This document shows positions 30,311-40,113 of a stretch of 64,000 bases of DNA, in pieces. The DNA lies in the NCBI GenBank assembly GCA_050633305.1, contig JBOEGF010000005.1, positions 128,001-192,000 of the forward strand, written 5' to 3'. The translations under genes and the position numbers were made by a program. The notes under the pieces are model-generated. The model searched no databases. It was not told the DNA's origin and worked only from the letters and a program-made list of their open reading frames with translations. This DNA is from Nannocystales bacterium (GTDB taxonomy: Bacteria > Myxococcota_A > Polyangia > Nannocystales > Nannocystaceae). Each line of letters opens with the position of its first letter. Within the stretch, counting starts at the first letter, position 1.

Positions 30311-31534
30311 ATGCCAGCCGTTTCCCAGGACAGAACGTCTTCGTTTGCCGCCGTCTACCGAGCTCAGTTTGGCTTCGTCTGGCGCACGTTGCGCGCACTT
30401 GGTGTTGCGGAAGGCTCTGTGGACGACGCTCTACAGGATGTGTTCTTGGTCGTACACCGTCGACTTCCCGGTTTTGAGCCTCGGGCACCGATCAGTGCGT
30501 GGCTCTACGAGATCACGCGGCGAATCGCCTACCGGTACCGAACGCGGGCCGCGCGGGATGCGACCCGAACCTGCGAGTTCTCCGAGTTGCCCGCCGGCGG
30601 TGATCTCGACCGTGACCTCGACCGGTCGAGGGCAGCGACCGTCATGCGGGACTTCTTGTGGAGGCTCGACGAAGACCGCCGCCGAGCGTTCGTACTCTCG
30701 GAGTTCTCCGGGATGCCTGGTCGTGAAATCGCCGAGGTGCTCGGAGTCAACATGAACACGATCTACGCCAGAGTTCGCTCCGCCCGGATTGAGCTCGATC
30801 GTACGGCCAAGCGCATGCGCGCTCAGGACTCGGCTGCGGTGGTTCGAGTGCTTCGCAGAGAGCGGCCTCCCACGGAGACCGAGCGGCGTACCTGGGCTGC
30901 GGTGATTGCAACGGTCGGAGGGTCGGCCAGGATTGGCGCAGAGGTCGGCATCTTGGCGTGGGCGGCTGGGGGGTTGTGCGCGGGTGCGGTCGTGCTTGCA
31001 TCGTGGGCAGCGCTGCCAAGCGCCCCGGGGGTGGAGTCCGTTCCTACGCTGCCGCACGCTCCTACGGTGGAGTCCGCTCCTGCGGTGGCGGCGGCCGGGA
31101 CGCCAGCGCCACCGCTTGCTCCTGCCCCTGTGCCCGAGCGGGGTCGCAGCGTGGTTGAAGTGCCAGCGTCGCGAGCTGAGCCAAGGGATGCTCGGGTACG
31201 TGTGGGTCATTCGCCGACGCCGCAGCCATCACTCGCCGAGGAACTGCGACTCGTGCGAGCGATTCGAGGGTCCATCAAGGCGGGACGCTACGGTGTGGCG
31301 CAATCCAAGGTCTCAGCCTACCGAGCGGACTTCGTTCGCGGGGCGCTGCGGCAGGAGGTCGAAGCGTTGGAGGTCGAGTTGGCTTGTCGTACGCACGCGC
31401 CGAACGCGGCCGCGAGGGTGGAAGGCCTTCGACACAGAAGGATCGATGAGGGGCTGCTGGAGCGCCTGAAAATTGTGTGTGGGGAGCGAATCTCCCCACA
31501 AAAACCCGAGCCCACGGAGATTCACACCCGATGA
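30311..31534 (+). CDS. ECF sigma factor fused to TM helix, Pro-rich linker and TPR-like domain (module B)
   Basis: FVWRTLRALGV..DDALQDVFLVVHRRL..AWLYEITRR; region 4 EIAEVLGVNMNTIYAR; then TM and LAEELRLV helical domain. Confidence 0.88.
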   Translation: MPAVSQDRTSSFAAVYRAQFGFVWRTLRALGVAEGSVDDALQDVFLVVHRRLPGFEPRAPISAWLYEITRRIAYRYRTRAARDATRTCEFSELPAGGDLDRDLDRSRAATVMRDFLWRLDEDRRRAFVLSEFSGMPGREIAEVLGVNMNTIYARVRSARIELDRTAKRMRAQDSAAVVRVLRRERPPTETERRTWAAVIATVGGSARIGAEVGILAWAAGGLCAGAVVLASWAALPSAPGVESVPTLPHAPTVESAPAVAAAGTPAPPLAPAPVPERGRSVVEVPASRAEPRDARVRVGHSPTPQPSLAEELRLVRAIRGSIKAGRYGVAQSKVSAYRADFVRGALRQEVEALEVELACRTHAPNAAARVEGLRHRRIDEGLLERLKIVCGERISPQKPEPTEIHTR

Positions 31535-32244
31535 ACAGACTCGGTCTCACCTTGTTCCTACTGACGAGCCTCTCCGGGTGCGACTCGAAGGAGAACTGCA
31601 TCGCAAACTGCGAGGACGGCTCCTCGAGTGGGAGTGAGGGCACTGCCGATCTCCCGACCGGGGGGGGTGGACTCTCCTGCGAGGAGGCGATCGTGACAGC
31701 GGAGCAGTTCATCGAGGCACATCGGTCCTGCGAGACGATGTTGGACTGCGAGGTCAGCGACCGGAATGTGTGTTTCCCGCCGGCGGTCATCCCAGGCGCG
31801 GTGGCCCTTTCCCTGGACGGGAATCCACAGGAGGAGGAGTGGGCGGAGATCCGCGAGGGGCTGGCCGACGCGTGTCCTTGTGAGGACCCCGTTTCTGCGG
31901 GGTCGTTCTGCAACGCCGCGAAGGAGTGCGAAGCGTTCAACGCCGAAACCGGTCGAGACCAGTTCTGTGGGTCCTTGCTCGGAGACGTGGAGACCTTCCT
32001 CGCAGCCAACACGGGTTGCACGATCGACTCGGACTGCATGGCCGTGGACAGCTCCTGCTACGTCGACGACTGTTCCATCACGGCGCTCAGTGTTGAGGCC
32101 GACACGCTGGAGTGGGCCCGCTTAGACGACGCTGGCTTTGGCTGTTCCTTCGGCGACGCGCCGGGGGCTGGTTGCAACTACGTCGGGGAGTGTGATGCCG
32201 GCGTCGAGTGTAGCGATCAGGGGGTGTGCGTCGCGGTTCCCTGA
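31531..32244 (+). CDS. Cys-rich lipoprotein with internal duplication (candidate module B target)
   Basis: LSGC lipobox; two similar units (F(I/L)xA..C..DC..ALS..W); ATGA overlap with the sigma gene. Confidence 0.78.
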   Translation: MNRLGLTLFLLTSLSGCDSKENCIANCEDGSSSGSEGTADLPTGGGGLSCEEAIVTAEQFIEAHRSCETMLDCEVSDRNVCFPPAVIPGAVALSLDGNPQEEEWAEIREGLADACPCEDPVSAGSFCNAAKECEAFNAETGRDQFCGSLLGDVETFLAANTGCTIDSDCMAVDSSCYVDDCSITALSVEADTLEWARLDDAGFGCSFGDAPGAGCNYVGECDAGVECSDQGVCVAVP

Positions 32245-32319
32245 GGGAGCCGAGCGTCCTGGCGACACGGCGCAGGAGTGGAAGAAGAGGAGTGAGACGT
32301 CGTGTTGGGGCGTCTGCGC

Positions 32320-32835
32320 TCAGCCTGCGATTGCTGCCGCAGGCATGACTTCGACCGTGTCGACGAGTTGCGCGACGGGAGTGTCGAGCACCGCAAGCAC
32401 GGCGAGGCTTGCCTCTCCGCGCGTGCCGATCAGAAGTTGCACGACGCTGGCGCGTGCCAGTGCGGTGTCGCCACGGTGGCCTGCCTCAACCTGCGCGTAC
32501 GCGTGGTCTAGCGGCTTCAGAGCGCGGCCGACGGGGCGTACCAACGTGGGGCTCAGCAGTCGCTGTAGCTGGCATAGAACCTCCCGGTTGGTCGTCGCCT
32601 CCGCTGGGCTCAGCTTCGCATCTGCGATGAACGCCCTGCCGAGATGGTGCCAAGCGTCGTCGACGCGTGCCGTCGCGATCGCCAAGCGGGCTGCTTCGAC
32701 AGCTCGTTCAGCCCGGGCCTCGCGGGATTGGCTTCGTCGGCGATAGCCCAAGAACAGGCCGATGGCCGGAAGCCCCAGGGCGAGTGACCAGACGATGGGG
32801 CCGACGTGCACAGCGACGAGTGAGGCGACCATCAC
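32320..32835 (-). CDS. Hypothetical membrane-anchored protein
   Basis: N-terminal TM helix followed by a helical domain. Confidence 0.5.
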   Translation of the reverse strand: MMVASLVAVHVGPIVWSLALGLPAIGLFLGYRRRSQSREARAERAVEAARLAIATARVDDAWHHLGRAFIADAKLSPAEATTNREVLCQLQRLLSPTLVRPVGRALKPLDHAYAQVEAGHRGDTALARASVVQLLIGTRGEASLAVLAVLDTPVAQLVDTVEVMPAAAIAG

Positions 32836-33085
32836 TTTTCAGACGGGCGACCGGGCCGCCGGTTGCGTGTCCAAGCGGTGTCGGCATCCGCGCCGCTCGC
32901 ATAGACCGCGGCCTGCGAGCTCGCGGATGGCCCGCTGCTGCGGCCGGAAACCTCCGTATTCCTCCGGGCCTAGAGGCGATGCGCGCTACGCGAGCGGTCG
33001 GCTGAGAACCCGGGATCGCGGGAGTCCCGCGCGTGAGCGATCTGTGAACGCAGGCGGCTCCGCATTCCACTATCCTGCGCGGTCT

Positions 33086-34534
33086 ATGGGCTTCCTGAGC
33101 CGATTTAAGGATGCGCTCGATCCAGACAACGTCCTGATGGAAGTCATGAATGGCTTCATCGAGGGGGTCGCGATGAAGCGTTCACTGGGCGTCGATCAGG
33201 AGACGTGGTCGCCGGGCAATCCGCTCAAGCTTTGCCTGGCTGGGTACGTCGGCACGCGCAACACCGGCGCTGATGTGCGGGTGGAGGAAATGATCCGCCA
33301 GTTCCGACACGTGGTCGGCGACGACGACCTCGAGCTGACGATCATGTCGGTGAACCTCGCTCGGACTGCGGGTTACTTCCGCACGGTCCGCCAAGTCGAG
33401 CTTCCGGTCGTCTTCCCGAAGTTCCTCTTCGAGGAGTGCCCGAAGCATCACGGCGTGATCTCGTGTGAGGGCTCGATGTTCAAGTCGAAGTTCGCCAACG
33501 CGTTGTCCACGATGATGGCCGGTGCGCTCGGAATCGCTGCAGTCGAAGACAAGCTGGCCGTAGGTTACGGGGCCGAGGCCGGCGGAATGACGCCGCAGCT
33601 ACGGGACTTCGTGAAGAAGCACTGCAAGCACGCGCTGGTGCAATGCCGCAACAACCCGTCCCGTGAAGTGCTCGGCCGTTTGGGCGTACGCACCACGGGG
33701 GGGACAGACACGGCGTGGACCTTCGATCCCGGTTCCCCCGAGATCGGCGAGAAACTGCTCCGGGAAAAGGGCTGGGACGGCAAGAAGAAGGTCATCGTGA
33801 TCTGTCCGATCAACCCGTTCTGGTGGCCGGTCAAGCCCGACCTGGGCAAGGCGGCTGCGCAGACCCTGGTTGGCCAATACAAGAGCGAGCACTACCGATC
33901 GTTCTACTACCACCACAGCTCCGAGGAAGCCGACCTGCAGTACGACACCTACCTGCAGGGGATCGCCGATGGGCTCGAGCGCTTCCTGCAGGAGGATGAC
34001 GCGTTCACGATTCTCGTCGGCATGGAGCGTGTCGATCGGCAGTCCGCGGAAGCGCTCTCGGAGCGGCTGACGGTCAAGCCGCCGATGTTCATCAGCGACG
34101 ACTACGACATGTACGAGATGGTCTCGGTGCTGCGTCGCTGCTCGGCGATGATCAGCTCCCGCTTCCATGCGGTCGTCACGTCGATGCCCGGGCTTGTTCC
34201 CTCGGGCGGCATCACGATGGATGAGCGCATCCGCAACCTGATGAACGACCGTGGCCACCCGGAGCTCTTCGTCGAGGTCGACGAGGAGCACCTCGATGAG
34301 AAGGTCTACGCGATGCTTCGTCGGCTCTGGGACGACGGTGAAAAGATCTCGGACGACATCGGCCGCGTCCTCCCCAATCAGTTCAAACTGATGGGGCAGA
34401 TGGGGATCGACTTCATGGACGAAGTGCAGCGGGTCTACCCAGAGTTCCCCCGTCGGGACCTCCCCAACGATCCGATGGCCCACTTGCCGCCTCTATCGCC
34501 CCACCTGCAGGGTTTGATGGAAAAATACGGCTGA
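33086..34534 (+). CDS. Polysaccharide pyruvyl transferase-like (GT-B) protein
   Basis: AGYVGTRNTGAD N-terminal motif, TDTAWTF, ISSRFHAVV (the family's RxH motif). Confidence 0.8.
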   Translation: MGFLSRFKDALDPDNVLMEVMNGFIEGVAMKRSLGVDQETWSPGNPLKLCLAGYVGTRNTGADVRVEEMIRQFRHVVGDDDLELTIMSVNLARTAGYFRTVRQVELPVVFPKFLFEECPKHHGVISCEGSMFKSKFANALSTMMAGALGIAAVEDKLAVGYGAEAGGMTPQLRDFVKKHCKHALVQCRNNPSREVLGRLGVRTTGGTDTAWTFDPGSPEIGEKLLREKGWDGKKKVIVICPINPFWWPVKPDLGKAAAQTLVGQYKSEHYRSFYYHHSSEEADLQYDTYLQGIADGLERFLQEDDAFTILVGMERVDRQSAEALSERLTVKPPMFISDDYDMYEMVSVLRRCSAMISSRFHAVVTSMPGLVPSGGITMDERIRNLMNDRGHPELFVEVDEEHLDEKVYAMLRRLWDDGEKISDDIGRVLPNQFKLMGQMGIDFMDEVQRVYPEFPRRDLPNDPMAHLPPLSPHLQGLMEKYG

Positions 34535-34640
34535 GGCCCGCACTTCTCCCGACCGGGGTGGATCCCCCTGCGCCGGCAGTCTTGAAAGTGTTGGCGGTTG
34601 ACCCCGAACAGAGGGTGCGAACTGGCTTACACTGGTTGCG

Positions 34641-36038
34641 GTGCAAGCAACGGGTGAAGCCGATGGCGAAAAGATGCTTCGGTGTGCCGTCGTCGGAACT
34701 CTCAGCGTCGAGGGCCTCAACCCGTACGCGGATTTCGATTTCGCGCACGACGTTGCGAAGCGTCAGCTCTTCGAGCCTCCGGTCTCCAAGGCGGAAGACA
34801 GTCTGCTTGAAGTGGTCGACGGGCTTGCCGGGGGCGCAGTCACCGGACGTCTCCGTACAGGCGCACGCCTCAGCGACGGCACCGCGGTCGACGTCGAGAT
34901 GGTGGCGGCTGCCCTGAGTCGGTCCCCTTGGTATCAGCCGCTGCTCGACGTCTCCACCCGAGGGGATCGGGTCGTCTTCACGCCCAAAGGCCGGGCGTTC
35001 GATGTCCGTGCGTTCCTCGGGTCAGACCGGGTTCGGTTCGGGGTCCAGGTCGGGGGCGCGTGGGTTGGGACCGGTCGGTACCGCGTCGTCGAAACCAACG
35101 ACCAGGGGATTCGGCTCGAGGCCAATCCCTACCACCCGCGCCCGCCGTCGATTTCCGAGGTGATGCTGCGCGGTTACGAGCCTAGCGACGCTTGCGAGAG
35201 AATTCGCGCCGACATCTCGACCGAAGACATCGACCTCACCGCAGCGCTCAGTCGAGAAGAGCTTGCCGATGTCCGTGGGGTCCGGAAGCTGTTCGCGGCG
35301 GGCACGAGCACTGCGTTGTTGTGGCTCAACACGCGACTCTTGTCGCAGCCGATCCGCTCGGCGATCGCCAAGGGCATCGATCGCTACACCGTGCTCGCGA
35401 CGACGTACGACAACCCGATGGCGTTCCTCGCCCCGTCTGTGATGCCGCCTGGGCAGGGGACGATTCGCATGCGGCTCCCGTATGAGCGGGCGGATGCCGA
35501 GCGGTCTTTGCGTTCGCTCGAGCTGCCCTCTGGCCCCTTGCGGATGATTGTGGTCTGGGGACGGCGTCCGTACATGCCGGATCCGGACAAGTGGTCGGCG
35601 GAGCTGGCGCGGCAGCTCGGCGGGTTGGGCCTTCAGGTCGAGCTCGTACAGACGTCCACCCTCGAGGACTATCAACAGCAGCTCGCGTCTGGCGACTATG
35701 CGCTCGCGCTGGGCGGTTGGAACGCGGTGTCTCCGTCTCCGTCCGAGTTCGTGGACGCGATGCTGCACTCCAGCATGATCCCCAAGGGGGCCGGCTCCAC
35801 GGGTTGCAACTACGGCTGGGTCGAGGACGCCGAGATGGACGCCGCACTGCAGGCATTCCGCTCTGTGCCCTCGCGGGAGCACGAGCAGGCGCTCTTGCAT
35901 CGTGTCGAATCGTCCGCGCCGGTCATCCCGCTGGCCTATGGGACGACCTCCATCGCGGCGCGGTGGGATATCGAAGGCATCGAGCCCTCCGACGGAGCGA
36001 TCTTTGACCTCGCCCAGCTCCGCTGGAGTGACTCGTGA
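34641..36038 (+). CDS. Family 5 solute-binding-like protein without signal peptide
   Basis: GTGRY..LEANPYH, LWLNT..IRSAIAKGIDR, RPYMPDP, C-terminal PVIPL motifs; no hydrophobic N-terminus. Confidence 0.78.
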   Translation: MQATGEADGEKMLRCAVVGTLSVEGLNPYADFDFAHDVAKRQLFEPPVSKAEDSLLEVVDGLAGGAVTGRLRTGARLSDGTAVDVEMVAAALSRSPWYQPLLDVSTRGDRVVFTPKGRAFDVRAFLGSDRVRFGVQVGGAWVGTGRYRVVETNDQGIRLEANPYHPRPPSISEVMLRGYEPSDACERIRADISTEDIDLTAALSREELADVRGVRKLFAAGTSTALLWLNTRLLSQPIRSAIAKGIDRYTVLATTYDNPMAFLAPSVMPPGQGTIRMRLPYERADAERSLRSLELPSGPLRMIVVWGRRPYMPDPDKWSAELARQLGGLGLQVELVQTSTLEDYQQQLASGDYALALGGWNAVSPSPSEFVDAMLHSSMIPKGAGSTGCNYGWVEDAEMDAALQAFRSVPSREHEQALLHRVESSAPVIPLAYGTTSIAARWDIEGIEPSDGAIFDLAQLRWSDS

Positions 36039-36047
36039 GCGTACGGG

Positions 36048-39000
36048 TCAGTACGACACGCTCTTCTTCCAGGCGCGGAGCTGAGAGAGTTCCGGCGCGC
36101 CCACATCGTTGGCCTCGGCGAACACCACCTCGACTTCCTCGATGAGCTCGCGGGCACCGTCGCGTTCGTCCTGATCCCACATCAGCTTCGCGAGCTCGAA
36201 CCGGGTGGCGTTGACCGTGAGCGGGTCGATGTCGAAAGCCGCAAAGATCTCGACGGACTCTTCGAGAAGCGCCCTCGCACGCTTCGGTTCCCCGATCTTG
36301 ATGTGGGCCACGCCGATGGCCGAGAGGGTTTGCGCGACGAAGGGGTGGTTGCGCCCCAATGCGTGCTCATCGATCTCGAGGCTGCGGCGCATCGCGTCGA
36401 GCGCACGCTCATGTTCGCCCTGCCGGAGCCGAACCGAGCCGAGGTTGAACCAGTGGCCGCTCGAGTCCGCTTGCATCGGTCCGAGCTCGGCCTCGATCAG
36501 CGCGATGGCTTGGACGAGGTTCGCCTCCGCCTTGTCGAAGTTGTCGGCCCGCATATGCGCGACGCCGAGGTTTCCGACGGGGCGAGCGAGATCAACGCCA
36601 TGGTGGTCTCCCGACTCGTACGCGCGGATCGATCGCTCGAACAGGACGATTGCCTCGGCGTCCTTGTTCAGGGAGAGGAGCGAGGTGCCCATGTTGTTCA
36701 AGGACATGGCGACGCGGATGTCGTCGGTGCCGTAGAGCGCGACCTCCGTCTCGTAGACTCGCCGGAAGTAGTCGTGCGAGGCTTGGTGGTCGCCGCGCAT
36801 TTGCTCGAGGTTGCCGAGGTTGTTGATGATCGAGATGTGCCGGTTGTTGAACCGGCCGACCTCGAGCTCGGTCTTGTCCATGGCGCTCTGGAAGGCGGTC
36901 TCTGCGGCGTCGAGTTCTCCGAGTTCGAGGCAGGCGATGCCGAAGTTGCTCTGGGCCTCGGCGTGGAGGAGTGGGTCGGGGTTCTCCAGACTCTCGTACA
37001 GCGCGAGGGTCTCCCGGAAGCGCTCGCGAGCGAGCTCGTAGTTGGTGTTGCGCAGCGCGACCAACCCCACCGTTCGGATGTGCTCGGCGCGTAGCGAGCC
37101 GGCATCGTCGCCGAGTCGTTCCACCGCGGCCTGGGCGAGTCGCTCCCATCGCTCGGCGAGCTTCGGGCGTGCCAAGCGGTAGCCGTAGGTCAGGTGCAAC
37201 TCCACGGCAATTCGTGCTGCGAGTCGGTCTTGGTGTGCGGTCTGAGCGGTGTGAAACGCCTGGTCGAGAAGCTTCGCCGCATCGACTCGAAGCCCCTGGG
37301 CGTCGAGGAGGTCCGCGCGGCGGTACTGCGCTTCGGCCAAGAGCGGCGCAAAGTCGAGAAGCTCCGCTTCGTGCAAGACTCGCGCGGTGACGTCGTCCGC
37401 ACGTTCATAGCGGTGCAGGCCGAGCAGGGGCGGGATGGTCGAAAGCTCTTCGGCGAGGCTCTCCACCCGATCTCGAATCTCCGGCGGCGCGGTCGCATGC
37501 TTGTCGGGCGCCGCCGCGTCGCAGGATGCGATGTTTGGTAGGGCCGACACGGCCTCCGGCGAGTTGCGCAACGTGAGTGCATCGCCCGTCGCGACGACCT
37601 CGACCAGCACGGAGAACTGTTCGAGCGCGCGATACAGACAGGTTCTCTGTGCGGCGCGTCGCTCTGGGGCTGCGTTGGCGGCCTCGCAGACTCGGACCCT
37701 CGAGGCCGACCACTCGTCCGCGAAGCTGGAGAGCTTTGCATCGAGTCGGGCATGTTCCGCATCGGGGTTGGAAATGCCAGACGCGTGGAAGGCGTCGCGG
37801 AGCTGCTCTCGTCGGTCGGCGTTCCAAACCGACGCCGCTTCCTCTTGCGTCGACGCGCAGGGGTCTGCGACGGGGACCACCGCCGCGAGAGCGACTCCCG
37901 AGCCCACGAGTCCGGCGACGACGAGCCCACCGACAGCACGCGGCCGGCTCCCGCCTCGACTGAGGGCACGCAGGAGTTCGTCCATGCTGGGCCAGCGAGC
38001 CTCGGCATCTCCGAGAAGGCCGCGAAGGATGACGGAGTGGATCCGCTTGGAGACGAGGGACCCACGCGGCGGGGGGCGGACATTCCCAGCGAGGATGTTC
38101 CGGACCTTCTGCTTGCTCCTGCGACCCAGGAATGGAACCTGGCCATAGAGCGCCTCGTACAGGGTCAAGCAGAAGCTGAACTGGTCGGTGCTCGGCGTCA
38201 CCGGCTCGCCCCGCATCTGCTCGGGCGACATGTACCGCGGCGTGCCGACGATCAACCGTTTGGGCGGGAGGATGTCGTCCGACGAGCTCCCTGTCCCCGT
38301 CGCGCCGGTTTGCGTCTCGGACCGGAACACGCGTCGCGCGATCCCAAAGTCCACCACGCGCACTCGGCCGTCCTCTCCGACCAGGATGTTGGTCGGCTTG
38401 AAGTCGCAGTGAACGAGCTCCACGGCGTGGGCGGAGGCCAAGCCCCGTCCGGCGGCCACCAAGACGTCGAGAATCTCAGAGACGGATCGTTCGGAGGCGT
38501 CGAGCCACGCCCGGAAGTTCTTCCCGCGGACCAGCTCCATCGCCATGTAGAGCCGTCCTTCTCGATCGTAGCCCACGTCGTACACCGGGACGACGTTGGG
38601 ATGGTTGAGACCCGCGAGGGACCGGGCTTCGGCGAGAAGGACCTGCTCTTCCTTGGGCTCACCGACGTCGAGGCGCATCACCTTCAACGCCACCCGGCGG
38701 TCGAGTTCGACGTCGCGGGCGGCATAGACGACGCTCATCCCACCGGCGCCAACCTGCTCCTCGAGTTCGTACCGGTCGAGCTCTGGACGGTCGAATGCCT
38801 CGGTGAGGCTGGCGCGAGCACTCGCGTTGACTGGCACGGTCGGCGAGGTGACATCCTCTTTCCGCTGTTGCGTGTCCGAGTCGTCGTCGAGTTCGTGCAC
38901 GGCCAGGTTCGAGGATACCGCGGCGAGCCGCCGCGGGGCGCTCGGCGGGTTGGCCTGGGGCGTGTCCCGGCGTCCGTCGCAATCGAAACACGACTCGCTT

Positions 39001-39065
39001 TCCGCGCCGGGGGGCTCGGATGGAGCGTCGGCGACGGGTCGACAGGGCAGCACCGCGGAGCGCAT
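36048..39065 (-). CDS. Membrane Ser/Thr protein kinase with C-terminal TPR repeats
   Basis: GAGGMSVV, VALK, HCDFKPTN, DFG, GTPRYMSPE; TM helix; many TPRs. Start uncertain. Confidence 0.93.
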   Translation of the reverse strand: MRSAVLPCRPVADAPSEPPGAESESCFDCDGRRDTPQANPPSAPRRLAAVSSNLAVHELDDDSDTQQRKEDVTSPTVPVNASARASLTEAFDRPELDRYELEEQVGAGGMSVVYAARDVELDRRVALKVMRLDVGEPKEEQVLLAEARSLAGLNHPNVVPVYDVGYDREGRLYMAMELVRGKNFRAWLDASERSVSEILDVLVAAGRGLASAHAVELVHCDFKPTNILVGEDGRVRVVDFGIARRVFRSETQTGATGTGSSSDDILPPKRLIVGTPRYMSPEQMRGEPVTPSTDQFSFCLTLYEALYGQVPFLGRRSKQKVRNILAGNVRPPPRGSLVSKRIHSVILRGLLGDAEARWPSMDELLRALSRGGSRPRAVGGLVVAGLVGSGVALAAVVPVADPCASTQEEAASVWNADRREQLRDAFHASGISNPDAEHARLDAKLSSFADEWSASRVRVCEAANAAPERRAAQRTCLYRALEQFSVLVEVVATGDALTLRNSPEAVSALPNIASCDAAAPDKHATAPPEIRDRVESLAEELSTIPPLLGLHRYERADDVTARVLHEAELLDFAPLLAEAQYRRADLLDAQGLRVDAAKLLDQAFHTAQTAHQDRLAARIAVELHLTYGYRLARPKLAERWERLAQAAVERLGDDAGSLRAEHIRTVGLVALRNTNYELARERFRETLALYESLENPDPLLHAEAQSNFGIACLELGELDAAETAFQSAMDKTELEVGRFNNRHISIINNLGNLEQMRGDHQASHDYFRRVYETEVALYGTDDIRVAMSLNNMGTSLLSLNKDAEAIVLFERSIRAYESGDHHGVDLARPVGNLGVAHMRADNFDKAEANLVQAIALIEAELGPMQADSSGHWFNLGSVRLRQGEHERALDAMRRSLEIDEHALGRNHPFVAQTLSAIGVAHIKIGEPKRARALLEESVEIFAAFDIDPLTVNATRFELAKLMWDQDERDGARELIEEVEVVFAEANDVGAPELSQLRAWKKSVSY

Positions 39066-39212
39066 CGACAGCTTCGCGCCGGACTTGAGCGAATTCAGCC
39101 GCCGATCCGCGCGGATGTTGGATGTTGCGATCCGGTTCCCCGGGTGCGGTTGCTTGGCGTGCGCTGACCCTGGCGGGCAGGTACGCGTGACGGGTTCACC
39201 CCGCAGCGCCCT

Positions 39213-39566
39213 CTACGCGAGTACGCGATGGAGCAGTCCGTCGAAGTCGTTCGCGGACTCGAGTGGCCCGCCGAGCGAGGCGATGACGAAGCTGCGCTCG
39301 CCAACGCTCAGGCGGTGCGTGAACACGCCCGCCGTGGACCAGCCGTGCTCATCGCAGGGGCTCGCCACGTTGTGTCCTGCGTTGGCAGCGGAGCCGACTG
39401 CGGCAAGCACTTCGAGATCCTCGTCGCCGACACCGCCGAGCAGCATGCCCTCGTCCGATGCGACGACCGCGGCGCGCACTCCGGGGCTGCCCGCGTTCTT
39501 CGCGAGGAAGATTCGGATGGCGCGGCTGGGGTCTTCGCTGCGAAGGACACGTCGCTCGGTCTGCAT
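39213..39566 (-). CDS. Roadblock/LC7-like small protein
   Basis: GVRAAVVASDEGMLLG..LAAV pattern typical of the Roadblock fold. Confidence 0.55.
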   Translation of the reverse strand: MQTERRVLRSEDPSRAIRIFLAKNAGSPGVRAAVVASDEGMLLGGVGDEDLEVLAAVGSAANAGHNVASPCDEHGWSTAGVFTHRLSVGERSFVIASLGGPLESANDFDGLLHRVLA

Positions 39567-39708
39567 TGGCAGCAGCTTGCCGCATCGGGCCGATGTCGCG
39601 AAAAAACCGACATCTGGCAGATCACGCGCTGCGAGACCTCCGCTGATCTTTTCCTTCAAGTCCGCGCATGTTCCGGGCGATTCGGCTGCGAGGAGCAACG
39701 GATTCACG

Positions 39709-40104
39709 ATGGCGTTTTTGGATTGGACCGGAGTGTCGCAGGTCGGCGTGCAAACCATGGATCTCGAGCACGGGTTGCTCGTGAAGCAGATGAACGATCT
39801 GCACGCTCACTGGACCGCGGACGCGCCGCGCCCCATCGTCGGGCGTGCGCTCCAGGTCCTGTACGACGGGACCCTGTCTCACTTCCGGCATGAAGAAGCC
39901 CACATGCGGCAGCATCGGCACTCTGGATACGACGCGCACTGTCGGATCCATCGAGAGCTGTTGCAGACGCTCACCCGTTTTCGCGATGCCTTCGTCAAGG
40001 ACGGTTCGACGCTCGACCAGGAATTCTTCGACTTCCTCAGAGTGTGGCTGTCGAGTCACATCCTCGACGTCGATGCGGGATACGCCGACGCACTCGCGGC
40101 ATGA
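39709..40104 (+). CDS. Bacteriohemerythrin
   Basis: W..VG..MDLEH, HFRHEEAHM, HCRIH and WLSSHILDVD iron ligands. Confidence 0.92.
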   Translation: MAFLDWTGVSQVGVQTMDLEHGLLVKQMNDLHAHWTADAPRPIVGRALQVLYDGTLSHFRHEEAHMRQHRHSGYDAHCRIHRELLQTLTRFRDAFVKDGSTLDQEFFDFLRVWLSSHILDVDAGYADALAA

Positions 40105-40113
40105 GCCGGAGCG

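Noticed and set aside
24200..32300. Mobile element or genomic island around the SIR2 gene and ECF modules
   Set aside because: No integrase, transposase, tRNA or flanking direct repeats were seen.
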